Of a DNA stretch of 33,188 nt, positions 24,686 through 33,188 are shown piece by piece. Below the pieces are notes generated by a model. That model saw only the letters and a list, made by a program, of their open reading frames with translations, did no database searches and had not been told where the DNA came from. The stretch is taken from the IMG/VR virus record IMGVR_UViG_3300014159_000004. One strand, given 5' to 3'. Made by a program: the position numbers and the translations under genes. How positions within the stretch are numbered: the stretch's first letter is position 1; each line of letters begins with the position of its first letter. Source of the DNA: an uncultured virus (IMG/VR IMGVR_UViG_3300014159_000004). Taxonomy: Duplodnaviria > Heunggongvirae > Uroviricota > Caudoviricetes.

Positions 24686-25153
24686 TCACTTGAGATAGTG
24701 CCCGGCCGCCGCTGCGGCGAGGGCCGCCACGACCGCTAGCAGGATGTCCCACCGCCGGTCGGCCGCCTTCTCGACGCGCTTGTCCACGCTCGCCTCGAGC
24801 GCGGCCCTCTCCGCCTCCGCCTTGATCGCGCGCTCGCGCGCCTCGGCGATCTTGTCGGCCGCCGCGCGCTCGGTCGCCTCGCGCAGCTGCCGCTGCAGCT
24901 CCTCGATGTCGAACCGGTCGGTGTCGGTCCGCTCGCGCGTTCGCACCCGCTCCTGCACGACGACGAGCGCCGGCGGCGGCGGGCGCGACGCCGAGTAGAC
25001 CCGCACCTCGTGCGCGATGGCGATGGGGTCCGTGCTGTCGCGGTCGCGCAGTCGGGCCATGGCGGCGCCCGGGTCGTCCGCGCCCACGTACTCGCGGGTG
25101 AGCTGGGCGATCTCTTCGCGGTCCTTGTCCGTCAGTTTGCGGGGAGGGGTCAC
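24686..25153 (-). CDS. Coiled-coil protein with C-terminal TM anchor
   Basis: RRWDILLAVVAALAAAAAGHYLK. Confidence 0.65.
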   Translation of the reverse strand: MTPPRKLTDKDREEIAQLTREYVGADDPGAAMARLRDRDSTDPIAIAHEVRVYSASRPPPPALVVVQERVRTRERTDTDRFDIEELQRQLREATERAAADKIAEARERAIKAEAERAALEASVDKRVEKAADRRWDILLAVVAALAAAAAGHYLK

Positions 25154-25206
25154 GACGCCGCGATCCTACAACGACACCGCGACCCCCCGCGACCGCGAAC
25201 CTGCGC

Positions 25207-26607
25207 CTACCAGAGCGGGTCGATCGCCTCGGCGGCGGCGTCGATCGCCTCCTGGCGAAAATTGACGGCCGTGAACGCCTTCGCGAGCGTCGCGTCCACC
25301 GCCTCGAGCGTCGGCGACGTCGTCGCCGACAGGAGCGTGGAGGCGGCTGCCGAGGCCAGCTTGACGGCCTCCGGCTCGAAGAGCAGCCAGTGGGGCGCGA
25401 ACGCCTTCGCGATGGCCTGCACGACGTCGGCGCAGGTCGGGCTCGGCGCCGGCGGCGCGGGACTCGGCGGCGCCGGGGTCGGTGCGGGCGGGGCCGGTGA
25501 GGTCGTGACCGGCGCACCGAGCAGCGCCGAGAAGTTCGCCCCGTTGGGGGTACCGAGCCCACAGCACACGGCGGCCGGGTAAATTCCGTTCGTCCCGCTC
25601 CCGCCGACCGGCGTGCAGGCGCTCGGGTTGCCCCAGAGCTTCTGGTCGATGGAGCCGGGACCGTTGACCCCGAGCGACGCGATGAGCCCCGCCCAGAGCG
25701 GCGCCACCGCGGACGTGCCGCCGACGACCTGCGACTGGCCCCCCTGGACGATGTCGAACCCCGTGTTGGGGTCCGCGTTGCCGGCGACGTCGCTCACGGA
25801 GCGACCGCCGCCCTTCGGGCCGGTGCACCACGCGGCGAACGGGAAGACGGTCGAGAAGCCACCCCCGGTCCCCTCACCGCTGGCCTGCCCCGGAGTGTCG
25901 TTCCAGATGCTCGACGTCCCGTCCTGCGACGTCGCAGTGCCGCCGCACGCGAGGGAGTTCGAGCACGACGCCGGCGCGTCGACCGCGGGCTTGCCCGTAC
26001 CGTCCCCGTCGTCCGCGTCGTTGTCGCCCGCGGCCGCCGTGAACGTCGTCCCCCTCGCGTTGGCCGCCGCGATCGACGCCTGGCAGGCGGCGAGGTCCGC
26101 GGGTGCCCACTGCGACTCGGCCGCGCCCCACGAGCACGAGCACGCCGCGTGACCGAGGCTCGCGCTCTTGTCGACGGCCGTGTTGATGTCCTGCGACCAC
26201 AGGACCACGATCGTGGCCTGTTTCCCCGTCAGGTACTGGATGACGGCGCCCACGATCTGGATGTCGAGCGCAACCTCGACGCTGGCGTCGCCGCCGTTCG
26301 CGCCGGCGTTGGTCGTGCCGTCCACCGACACGTCCGTGATGGTCGGGACGGGCTGCCCGATGCTCGCGAAGTATTGCGTCATGTCGGACAGGACCCAGCC
26401 GCCGCCGAGCTCCACGATCCCCACCGTGCCGGGGTCGTTCAAGAACGACCCCGCCTCGAACCCGTACGCCTTCAGGATCCCCGGGACCGTCCACGGCCCC
26501 TCGCCCGAGACGTGCGCCCGGAGGTGCTCGCGCAGCGATCGTTTGGACTTCTTGTAGAAGGGTCGGAGTGCCTTTCGGAGCGTCTCGGTCGTCAGGGTGT
26601 CGGTCAC
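25207..26607 (-). CDS. S53 family (sedolisin/kumamolisin-like) serine peptidase
   Basis: EVALD (Glu/Asp), SCSWG, AAGDN, DVAGNADP, GGTSAVAP, CGLGTPNG. Confidence 0.92.
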   Translation of the reverse strand: MTDTLTTETLRKALRPFYKKSKRSLREHLRAHVSGEGPWTVPGILKAYGFEAGSFLNDPGTVGIVELGGGWVLSDMTQYFASIGQPVPTITDVSVDGTTNAGANGGDASVEVALDIQIVGAVIQYLTGKQATIVVLWSQDINTAVDKSASLGHAACSCSWGAAESQWAPADLAACQASIAAANARGTTFTAAAGDNDADDGDGTGKPAVDAPASCSNSLACGGTATSQDGTSSIWNDTPGQASGEGTGGGFSTVFPFAAWCTGPKGGGRSVSDVAGNADPNTGFDIVQGGQSQVVGGTSAVAPLWAGLIASLGVNGPGSIDQKLWGNPSACTPVGGSGTNGIYPAAVCCGLGTPNGANFSALLGAPVTTSPAPPAPTPAPPSPAPPAPSPTCADVVQAIAKAFAPHWLLFEPEAVKLASAAASTLLSATTSPTLEAVDATLAKAFTAVNFRQEAIDAAAEAIDPLW

Positions 26608-26633
26608 GGGTCACCTCGTGGTGCGTTTGGGTT

Positions 26634-27074
26634 CTAGTCCGCCATCTTCAGGACTGCGTCGAACTTGGGGGGATGGTACTGCGGCGCCGCCTCGTGCACG
26701 GGAGGGGGCGCCGCGGAGGGCGCCGGCGGCGCCAGCGCGGCGGCCCCGGCGGGGGCGGGCCGTTTCGGCCACGGGTAAGCACCGCCCGCGCCCGCGCCGA
26801 GCGACCGCACGACGGTCCCCGCGTCGGCGACCGGCAGGACCGGCGCCAGCAGCCGCTCGCCGTCTTTCGCGGCGACGTACCCCCGGAGCGTCACGACGTC
26901 GTCGTGGTTCTGCGCGACGGCCACGTTGAGCTTCTCGATCCCCGCCGCGAGCTGCTCGTAGGAGACCTTCGTCACCTCGTGACTCTGGGGCTTGAAGAGC
27001 GCCGTGAGCAGCCCCGCCAGCGCCGTCAGGAATATGAACAGCTGGCGGGCGAGCCGGAGCTGGTCGGAGGTCAT
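26634..27074 (-). CDS. Membrane-anchored hypothetical protein
   Basis: N-terminal TM, coiled coil, Pro-rich tail. Confidence 0.6.
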   Translation of the reverse strand: MTSDQLRLARQLFIFLTALAGLLTALFKPQSHEVTKVSYEQLAAGIEKLNVAVAQNHDDVVTLRGYVAAKDGERLLAPVLPVADAGTVVRSLGAGAGGAYPWPKRPAPAGAAALAPPAPSAAPPPVHEAAPQYHPPKFDAVLKMAD

Positions 27075-27316
27075 CCGGCCGCCTGGCGGCTTCGGTTCCT
27101 CCCGCGCGCCTGCCCGCCGCGCCGACCGATCTCCGCCATGTGGGCGCGGTCGGAGGCGACCTTCTTGCCCCCCTCGCGGCCGGCGACCCGCGCCTCGTCG
27201 GGCGTGAACTCGTGGGCGCGCCCCTGCGCGTGCGCCGCCTTGCCGCCCTTGCTCGCGATGGCGCGCTGCTTGGCTTCGTCCATGGAGGCGAAGCCGCGGT
27301 TCGACCGGTCCGCCAC
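27071..27316 (-). CDS. KGG-repeat general stress protein (YciG/GsiB-like)
   Basis: RGFASMD...IASKGGKAAH..G.AHEFT.DEAR.AGR.GG...HMAEIGRRGG. Confidence 0.9.
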   Translation of the reverse strand: MADRSNRGFASMDEAKQRAIASKGGKAAHAQGRAHEFTPDEARVAGREGGKKVASDRAHMAEIGRRGGQARGRNRSRQAAG

Positions 27317-27318
27317 CT

Positions 27319-27552
27319 TCAGGCCGCCTTCTGGGCGGCTAGCGCTCGGCGCGCGCGGGACCGCGCTCGGGCCTGCGTCACCTGCTGGCTCACGCCGAGG
27401 GCCGTGCCGACCGCGCCGACGGCGTAGGCGACGATCGTCGGCCACGGTTGCCACGCCGAGAACGCTTGCCCGACCGCGACACAGGCCGCAACCACGCCCA
27501 CGTCGACGGCGGTCACGACCTGGAGCGCGGTCCCGTTGAGTTGCAGGCTCAC
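27319..27552 (-). CDS. Small two-TM protein, holin-like
   Basis: Two hydrophobic helices and a basic C-tail. Confidence 0.5.
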   Translation of the reverse strand: MSLQLNGTALQVVTAVDVGVVAACVAVGQAFSAWQPWPTIVAYAVGAVGTALGVSQQVTQARARSRARRALAAQKAA

Positions 27553-27842
27553 GGAGTCGCCTTCTTCTTGGCGTGCGCCGCCGCGAAGGCCGCGCTCTCG
27601 GTCGGGGGGACCCGCACCGTGTACTGCGTCGCGACGCCGGGCGGCGCGCCCGCGACCGTGCACAGGTAGTACACCCAGGTCGGGTCGGGCTGCTGCTCGG
27701 CGAGGCTGCACGCGGCGTCCGCGACGTCGATGATCTCGGTGACGATGCTGGAGACCTGAGCCGGGGTCGACCCGCAGTGGACCGAGGAGGCGTAGACCGA
27801 ACCGACCAGCGCGACTGCACCCAGCCAATGAACTCGCTTCAT
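27549..27842 (-). CDS. Secreted or lipoprotein-like hypothetical protein
   Basis: Signal-like N-terminus followed by Cys. Confidence 0.5.
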   Translation of the reverse strand: MKRVHWLGAVALVGSVYASSVHCGSTPAQVSSIVTEIIDVADAACSLAEQQPDPTWVYYLCTVAGAPPGVATQYTVRVPPTESAAFAAAHAKKKATP

Positions 27843-27874
27843 GGGGCCAAAGATAAACTCCCCCGCCGAGCCCG

Positions 27875-28153
27875 TCAAACCAGCAACCAGCCGTTGAGCA
27901 GGAGAGCCTCGTCGGCCTCCTCCCGCGAGGCGAAGTAGCCGATGCAGACCGGGTCTGGGTCGTCGTCGTCGTAGTTGCGGTCGTCCGGACCGACCCATGC
28001 GGCCACCCCGACCGGGGACGCGTCGCGCCACTCGTAGGTGACGCCGCTCAACGCGGGCCTGGGCGATCGGCACCACGGCCCGGCCACCTTGGGAGCCGCT
28101 CTTAGCGCGTCCCACACTTCCTGCGGCGTCAGCGTCTTCCAGTCTACCGGCAC
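27875..28153 (-). CDS. Hypothetical protein
   Basis: GGAGA RBS; 92-aa ORF. Confidence 0.55.
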   Translation of the reverse strand: MPVDWKTLTPQEVWDALRAAPKVAGPWCRSPRPALSGVTYEWRDASPVGVAAWVGPDDRNYDDDDPDPVCIGYFASREEADEALLLNGWLLV

Positions 28154-28185
28154 GTCTTTTCTCCAGTTCTACGCGCGCGCGCGCA

Positions 28186-28404
28186 CTAGTACGCACGTGA
28201 GTCGGTCAACGGCACCCACGTCAATCCACCTTTGCGTCCGCCACCGAAATCGACGAGGGCGCGCGCGCCAGACGGGCCCGTCCAGTCGATGAAATCGATG
28301 CGACCCTGAGCGCCGCAATGCGGACCGCCCACCACGTGGGCCCAGTCGCCAACCTTCCAGACGTACTCGCTCGACTCCGTCACATCGTCCTCCTTCGCGC
28401 GCAT
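28186..28404 (-). CDS. Small KOW/SH3-like protein
   Basis: WKVGDWAHVVGGPHCGAQGRI. Confidence 0.5.
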   Translation of the reverse strand: MRAKEDDVTESSEYVWKVGDWAHVVGGPHCGAQGRIDFIDWTGPSGARALVDFGGGRKGGLTWVPLTDSRAY

Positions 28405-28405
28405 G

Positions 28406-28891
28406 TCATCGTGTGCCGGCGGTCACGACGTCGGGCAGCTCGAAGAGGCCAAACGAACCGGCGCACGGCGCGAACGGGAGCGGCTCGACGTCGGCGAGCA
28501 CAAATCCGTATTGCTCCGTCATGTGCCATCGGTGGTCGATGCCCGCGGGGTAGAACCTGTCCAGGGTCGACCGGAACGGCGGCGCTCCGGGCGGCTCGCC
28601 TCCCACGCGCAAGCTCGGAACCCATGGCCGGATCACGTCGACGATGCGCGCGCGGCCGACGACGCCTCCGCGCTGCATCGCTTGAAGACGGGGGACGTCA
28701 GCAAGGCTCGCGATCACGCCGGCGTTCTCCATCCACACGATCGCGTCTTCGTACTCATCCCTGGTGCAGCCCTTCGCCGCGTGCAGCAAGATCGGACCGC
28801 GATAGCTCGTGTTCCACACGCGGTTTTCTATCCGCTTGCCAGCGTGGAGAATCGCCCACCACCACGGTTGACGCCCGCTGAGGGCTTTCAT
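28406..28891 (-). CDS. ASCH domain protein
   Basis: MKALS.RQPW...I...GKRIENR.W.T.YRGPILLHA. Confidence 0.9.
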   Translation of the reverse strand: MKALSGRQPWWWAILHAGKRIENRVWNTSYRGPILLHAAKGCTRDEYEDAIVWMENAGVIASLADVPRLQAMQRGGVVGRARIVDVIRPWVPSLRVGGEPPGAPPFRSTLDRFYPAGIDHRWHMTEQYGFVLADVEPLPFAPCAGSFGLFELPDVVTAGTR

Positions 28892-29115
28892 CGCAAGGCC
28901 GGCGCTTTCTCACGGAGTAAGGCGAGCGTGCCCGGACGGACACCAAGCCCCGCGATCACACGGGCCACAACTTCTCGGCTCAGCCCGAGTTCCCTCGCTA
29001 CGGTCGCAGTCCCCCGCGCTTCGACAAGCTGCGCCAGCCACACGCGGACGTCGGCGGGCGGCCCCACACCAAGCGCGCGTTTGGAACGATCGATCCTCTT
29101 CATGTCTTCGCCCAC
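28888..29115 (-). CDS. Small HTH protein
   Basis: GTATVARELGLSREVVARV. Confidence 0.6.
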   Translation of the reverse strand: MGEDMKRIDRSKRALGVGPPADVRVWLAQLVEARGTATVARELGLSREVVARVIAGLGVRPGTLALLREKAPALR

Positions 29116-29318
29116 TCGATCGGGACGAGGAGCGCCAGGGGCTTGCCCGACTTGAGGAGCAGGAAGGAACGCCCCTCGCGCGAGACTGCCCGCACGTACT
29201 CGCCCACCTCCTTGCGAAACTCGCTCATGGTGACATGTTTCGGCAGCTCGAGATCTTCGGGGGCCGGCTCGGCGGCGGGCTTCGCCTTCGTACGAGCTCG
29301 CGCGGGTTTCTTGGCCAT
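29100..29318 (-). CDS. Phd/YefM-like antitoxin or regulator
   Basis: VTMSEFRKEVGEYVRAV...SFLLLKSGKPLALLVP. Confidence 0.75.
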   Translation of the reverse strand: MAKKPARARTKAKPAAEPAPEDLELPKHVTMSEFRKEVGEYVRAVSREGRSFLLLKSGKPLALLVPIEWAKT

Positions 29319-29584
29319 GCGGACGACTCTAGCACGCGATCGTGCGATCGACCGATTGCGGTACGCGCGGCGTGCGGTACAGTTCACGAGCGCGTGAGAT
29401 TCCTTCGGGGGTTGCAAGTGCCCGGCAGGGCAGACGACAGCAAAGCCCGTAGCCCTTGAGTCGTCGGGAGAGATCGCAAAAAACGAGTGCCGTCCTGGGA
29501 AGCGGCCACGCGCGTTTTACGAAAGGCCGGTCTTGTCCTCTCCGGTGCACCGTTTGCAGTAACCTCGTCCCTGAGTTGGGTCGT

Positions 29585-30067
29585 TCATCCCGACCTCCTG
29601 CGCGTCCCGGCCACGATCCGAGCGACCGACGTCCGGTGCAAGCCGAGCCGCCGCCCGATCGCCGTGAACGACTCGCCCGCCTGCGCGGACTCGCGGATGG
29701 CAGCCACCACCGAGTCGCCCGTCGCCTTCCGCGGTCCACCGCGTGGGTGCGTGCCATGCACGCGCTTGTCGGCCTCGTTCTCCTCGGGCAGCGCCCAGCG
29801 CAGGTTGCCCGCGCGATTGTTGCCGCGGTCCCTGTCCGGGAAGTGCGCGCCGTGGTGGCGCGTCGAGGGTCGCGGGGCCACGAACGCCTCGAGCACGAGC
29901 GCGTGGACTGGCCGCCAGACCCGCCGGCCGTCGGGCGACACCAGCCGGACCCTCAGGTAGCCGCCGCGCCACTGCGGCAGGAGCGCGAGGCGCCCGCGCC
30001 GGACGTGGCCGCCGCGGGAGACGCGGTAGCCTGGGAAACCCGCGATCGGGCGCCAGATGGGTCTCAC
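29585..30067 (-). CDS. NUMOD4/HNH_3 endonuclease with C-terminal HTH
   Basis: WRPIAGFPGYRVS..G; GYLRV; VHALVLEAF; H...DRGNNRAGNLRW. Confidence 0.85.
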   Translation of the reverse strand: MRPIWRPIAGFPGYRVSRGGHVRRGRLALLPQWRGGYLRVRLVSPDGRRVWRPVHALVLEAFVAPRPSTRHHGAHFPDRDRGNNRAGNLRWALPEENEADKRVHGTHPRGGPRKATGDSVVAAIRESAQAGESFTAIGRRLGLHRTSVARIVAGTRRRSG

Positions 30068-30261
30068 CTGTCGCCCCGACGTCGCACCCTCATCGCGTCC
30101 CCGAAGGTGGTCCGCAGCGTCGGTTTGCCCGCCGCGCGCAGCGCATCCTCCTCGCGCTTGCGTCGCTGCATGCGCTGGAGATCGGTCTCCTCCACGGGTG
30201 ACCTGTCTGGATCGCAGCCGGAACACCCCGCGCACCCAAATAACCCGCACGCGCCCGTCAT
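30064..30261 (-). CDS. Hypothetical protein
   Basis: ATGA-coupled ORF with Cys-rich start. Confidence 0.5.
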   Translation of the reverse strand: MTGACGLFGCAGCSGCDPDRSPVEETDLQRMQRRKREEDALRAAGKPTLRTTFGDAMRVRRRGDR

Positions 30262-30602
30262 TCGTCGACTCTCCTCTTCGGTGGTGGTCTCTTCGGTAAG
30301 TTCTGCAGGACCGCCGGCGTCGGCACCTCACGACCGCGCGGCGCGAGTCCGCGGCTGACGAGGTTCGCGTAGGCGGGGACGACGCGCCCGTGGACGCTGG
30401 TGACCCACCCGCGCTGCTTGTCCGAGAGCTGGTGGAACGGCCTACCGGCGTCCGTCCCGTCCAGGATCCCGCCGTACGCCTGCAGGTCGAAGCGCATGCT
30501 GGCAAACGCCTCCGTCTCGCGGTCAGTGAGCTCGTCGGCGTGCTTGCCTAGCAGTTCGCCGAGGAGGTTGAGGTCGGAGGTGCGCTTCGAGTCACTGATC
30601 AT
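30258..30602 (-). CDS. Hypothetical protein
   Basis: ATGA-coupled ORF; LSDKQRGWV. Confidence 0.65.
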   Translation of the reverse strand: MISDSKRTSDLNLLGELLGKHADELTDRETEAFASMRFDLQAYGGILDGTDAGRPFHQLSDKQRGWVTSVHGRVVPAYANLVSRGLAPRGREVPTPAVLQNLPKRPPPKRRVDE

Positions 30603-30870
30603 CGCAGATCAAGAGTCTGCACGAGCCACGCGATGAGTGTATCCGTTCGCTCGCCATTCTCGGATCGGGTCTGCATTTCCGTCATCGCACTCCATCGCCG
30701 CTCCACAGAGACGCCGCAACTCCCACCGTTTGCCTCCAGAAACGTCGAGAGCGCGGCCCACCCGCTCCGTTTGTTGCTGTCCATGAAGACGTGCCCCTGG
30801 ACGATATAGACGGCGTAGGCTGCCGCGATCTCGGGCACCGACTCGTAGTACGAGTTGTTGACGGCACGGC
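30599..30870 (-). pseudogene. Fic/Doc toxin fragment lacking its N-terminus
   Basis: AAAY...IVQGHVFMDSNKR resembles the Doc motif HxFxD(A/G)NKR. Confidence 0.7.
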
Positions 30871-31076
30871 TGGAAGAGGACGGCGCCGAGGCGGTCCGCG
30901 ACCCTCCGCAACTTGCGGAGGTTGACGGGCGACTCGCGGATCATGAAGTCGAAGTCCTCCGTCGTGACGCGGGCCCCGAGGAGCGCAGCCCCGGCGTTGC
31001 CAATCATGATCGCCTCGAGCCCAGCCACGTCGACCGCGTCGGCGACCTCGCGGAGTGTCGGGGCGGCGCTTACCAC
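30865..31076 (-). pseudogene. Nucleotidyltransferase-like N-terminal fragment
   Basis: IMIGNAGAALLG...TEDFDF (G..A/DxD pattern); continues out of frame into the Fic fragment. Confidence 0.55.
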
Positions 31077-31258
31077 CGGACACCCCTCGGGGCCACGTGG
31101 AAGGTCACGGAGACCCCCGCGTCCAAGTGACGCTTCATGACCAGCCGGCCGAGCACGTAGACGTATACCTCCGGACCGCGCTGCACGGCGAACGTCGTCG
31201 GGTTCACCAGTGCATCCGAACTGCACGACGCTCCGGCTGGGGTGAACTCTCGCTTCAC
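31070..31258 (-). CDS. Hypothetical protein
   Basis: GTGA-coupled short ORF. Confidence 0.4.
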   Translation of the reverse strand: MKREFTPAGASCSSDALVNPTTFAVQRGPEVYVYVLGRLVMKRHLDAGVSVTFHVAPRGVRW

Positions 31259-31569
31259 CGCTGCACCGTGACCACGCGACGGACGTGACGGAGATCAGTC
31301 GCGCTCGCGGCTAACTCCGCCACGCGTAGGTCGTAGCTCTGCTGCATGTTGAGCCAGAACTCCGGCGTCGTGCCGAACGCGCGCCCGAGACGCAGCGCCG
31401 TGTCGGCAGTGACCGAGCGGTCACCCGCCACGATCGAACTGACGCGATTCGCCGGCACATCGAGGGCGTGTGCGAGCGCGTTCGCGCTCATTCCGAGCGG
31501 GACTAGGTACTCCTCGCGGAGGACCTCGCCGGGATGGATGGGACGCATGTTGTTTCGAGGGGTGGACAT
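31255..31569 (-). CDS. higA: HigA antitoxin (XRE HTH)
   Basis: PIHPGEVLREEYL...TADTALRL...FGTTPEFWLNMQ. Confidence 0.93.
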   Translation of the reverse strand: MSTPRNNMRPIHPGEVLREEYLVPLGMSANALAHALDVPANRVSSIVAGDRSVTADTALRLGRAFGTTPEFWLNMQQSYDLRVAELAASATDLRHVRRVVTVQR

Positions 31570-31580
31570 GATGAACCTTT

Positions 31581-31859
31581 TCAGTGGTAATCGACGACCT
31601 CAACCTCTGTTGGACCGGTGGGCGTCCACCGGAAGCACAGGCGGAACTGCTTGTTGACTCGAATCGAGTGCTGCCCCACTCGATCCTCGTCGAGTGCTTC
31701 CAGTTGATTGTTTGGTGGCGACTTCAGGTCGGTAAGAGTCGTGGCGGCGCTAAGCATGGCGAGTTTCCGCTCAATGACGTTCTGGATGTTGCCAAAACGC
31801 CTGGACCGCCTTCCTTCGAAGATTGCCTGGGTCTCCGCGCACCGGAATGATCGAATCAC
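31581..31859 (-). CDS. higB: HigB toxin (RelE/ParE family)
   Basis: MIRSF...DLKSPPNNQLEAL..DRVGQHSIRVNKQFRLCFRW...EVVDYH. Confidence 0.93.
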   Translation of the reverse strand: MIRSFRCAETQAIFEGRRSRRFGNIQNVIERKLAMLSAATTLTDLKSPPNNQLEALDEDRVGQHSIRVNKQFRLCFRWTPTGPTEVEVVDYH

Positions 31860-32050
31860 TCGTGAACCATAGCGCCTGTACGTTGTACGTCAAGCGACCT
31901 ATGCCCGGGTGAGCAGGTGCAGCGCCGTCAATAGACCCGCCGTCTGGACCGGGGTCAGGCGCCCGGCGTCGATCTCCACGAGCAGGAACAACAACTCGTC
32001 GTCCCGCATCGGTTCGCGACGCATCAGGCGGTTGAGGATAGCGGCGACCG

Positions 32051-32590
32051 TCACAGCGTCACCTTGAAGGGCACCGACCCGAAGTACGGGTATGAGAATC
32101 GGTGATCGAGTCCAGCTCGCTCCTCCCACTCACCGACCCGAGGCGCGGCGACAGGAGTCCCGTAGATGAGGAGCGTGTTCGCTGGGTGCGGCACGTGGGC
32201 CACGAGTTCCAGACCGAGGAAGTACCGGAATAGGCCCGGCCAGCCACAGAGAGTCCCGTCCGTACACTTCCCGAGGTACGCGATCGTTTTGGCTCGATAC
32301 AGCAAGTCAAGTAGTGGCGGCTCGTTGTGGTTCACCGGCCAGGAGACGAACGCGACGTCGATGATCGGTTGGCGGGTCTCGTATTCTGCGAACGTGGTCC
32401 GTACGGTATTCACCCACGACCCTGGGCATCCGACCGGGTGCTCGTCGACCGCGATGACCGCGGCGGCCCCGAGCTGGACGAGCGCATCCGACAGCACCTG
32501 GTCGCCACACCCGAGGTCGTGGATCGTCCGGCCGCGGACGACCGCCGCGAGCGCCTCGGCCTGCGCCGTGTCGAGTCGACCCCACGTCAT
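32051..32590 (-). CDS. SAM-dependent methyltransferase-like protein
   Basis: IHDLGCGD motif I, VIAVD, FVSWP. Confidence 0.65.
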   Translation of the reverse strand: MTWGRLDTAQAEALAAVVRGRTIHDLGCGDQVLSDALVQLGAAAVIAVDEHPVGCPGSWVNTVRTTFAEYETRQPIIDVAFVSWPVNHNEPPLLDLLYRAKTIAYLGKCTDGTLCGWPGLFRYFLGLELVAHVPHPANTLLIYGTPVAAPRVGEWEERAGLDHRFSYPYFGSVPFKVTL

Positions 32591-32769
32591 GGCGGCGCCT
32601 CCGTTTCCTTCTCGACCGGTACCGAGATACTTGACCCGCACCTACAGTTTCTGAGTTCCAGCTCGCCTCCGTCGCCGTCGTCCATCTTGCCGACCAGCGG
32701 CAACTGCTGCCACCCGTCGGCGTCGAAGTAGCGTCCGCACGCGCAGTGCTTCACCGCACCGACCATCAT
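32587..32769 (-). CDS. Small Zn-ribbon hypothetical protein
   Basis: KHCACG...LELRNCRCGS. Confidence 0.55.
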   Translation of the reverse strand: MMVGAVKHCACGRYFDADGWQQLPLVGKMDDGDGGELELRNCRCGSSISVPVEKETEAPP

Positions 32770-33188
32770 GAAGGCACCCTCGCCCGCGTCTGGATGAGCG
32801 CGGCCTCAGACCCTTTCCAAAACGGTTTCCGCCATATCTTTTTCCGCAACGTACTGCGCGGGCCGTGCGGCTGCATCGCGTAGTGCCCGCGGACCATCCA
32901 CTGCACCGTCGGCATGCCCCTGTTGTGCCTGCCCGTCTTCTCGGAGCTGCGCGTCCCCCTCTCGACGTACTCCCTGACGGCGTCCCGGCAGTCGATCTCG
33001 AGCGGCTGGCCGATGGTCACGATGCGGTGCTCGGGTTCCGCCTCTCGCCCTCGGCTCTTCGGGCGCGCCTCGACCTTGCGGACCTTATGGGTACCCGCGT
33101 CCTGCAAGTTCAGGAGCAGGCCGGCGACCAGGCGTTTGGCCAAGATGAGGCAGCGCTGCGACGGGGAGTCCTGCGCGAGGTCCGTCTC
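32766..33188 (-). CDS. Phage-type hypothetical protein, C-terminal part
   Basis: WMVRGHY..QPHGP....RK.IW..PFWKG; runs off the window. Confidence 0.7.
   Translation of the reverse strand, partial: ETDLAQDSPSQRCLILAKRLVAGLLLNLQDAGTHKVRKVEARPKSRGREAEPEHRIVTIGQPLEIDCRDAVREYVERGTRSSEKTGRHNRGMPTVQWMVRGHYAMQPHGPRSTLRKKIWRKPFWKGSEAALIQTRARVPS

Overview
High-GC window that looks like part of a large phage, prophage or phage-like element. It contains: (i) virion-type genes (collagen-like, LamG-like, repeat protein) and a Cre-like tyrosine recombinase with a lox-like site; (ii) a 36-gene tRNA array in two convergent blocks, 31 tRNAs on + covering 19 amino acids and 5 on - holding all the Leu tRNAs; (iii) a 4021-bp IS1-family cargo transposon with 21-bp IRs and an 8-bp TSD inserted in the - block; (iv) a type V-M (Cas12m-like) effector with an altered RuvC-I catalytic residue and a 21-repeat CRISPR array, no cas1/cas2, including a 92-nt insert identical to 30226-30317 of this window; (v) many small - strand phage genes and toxin-antitoxin modules. 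The most novel-looking signal is a candidate attenuator upstream of the + tRNA block. Its 38-codon leader ORF uses 31 distinct codons and exactly the 19 amino acids served by that block (no Leu), and it is followed by mutually exclusive antiterminator/terminator pairings. All family calls come from motif recognition by eye, with no database searches.
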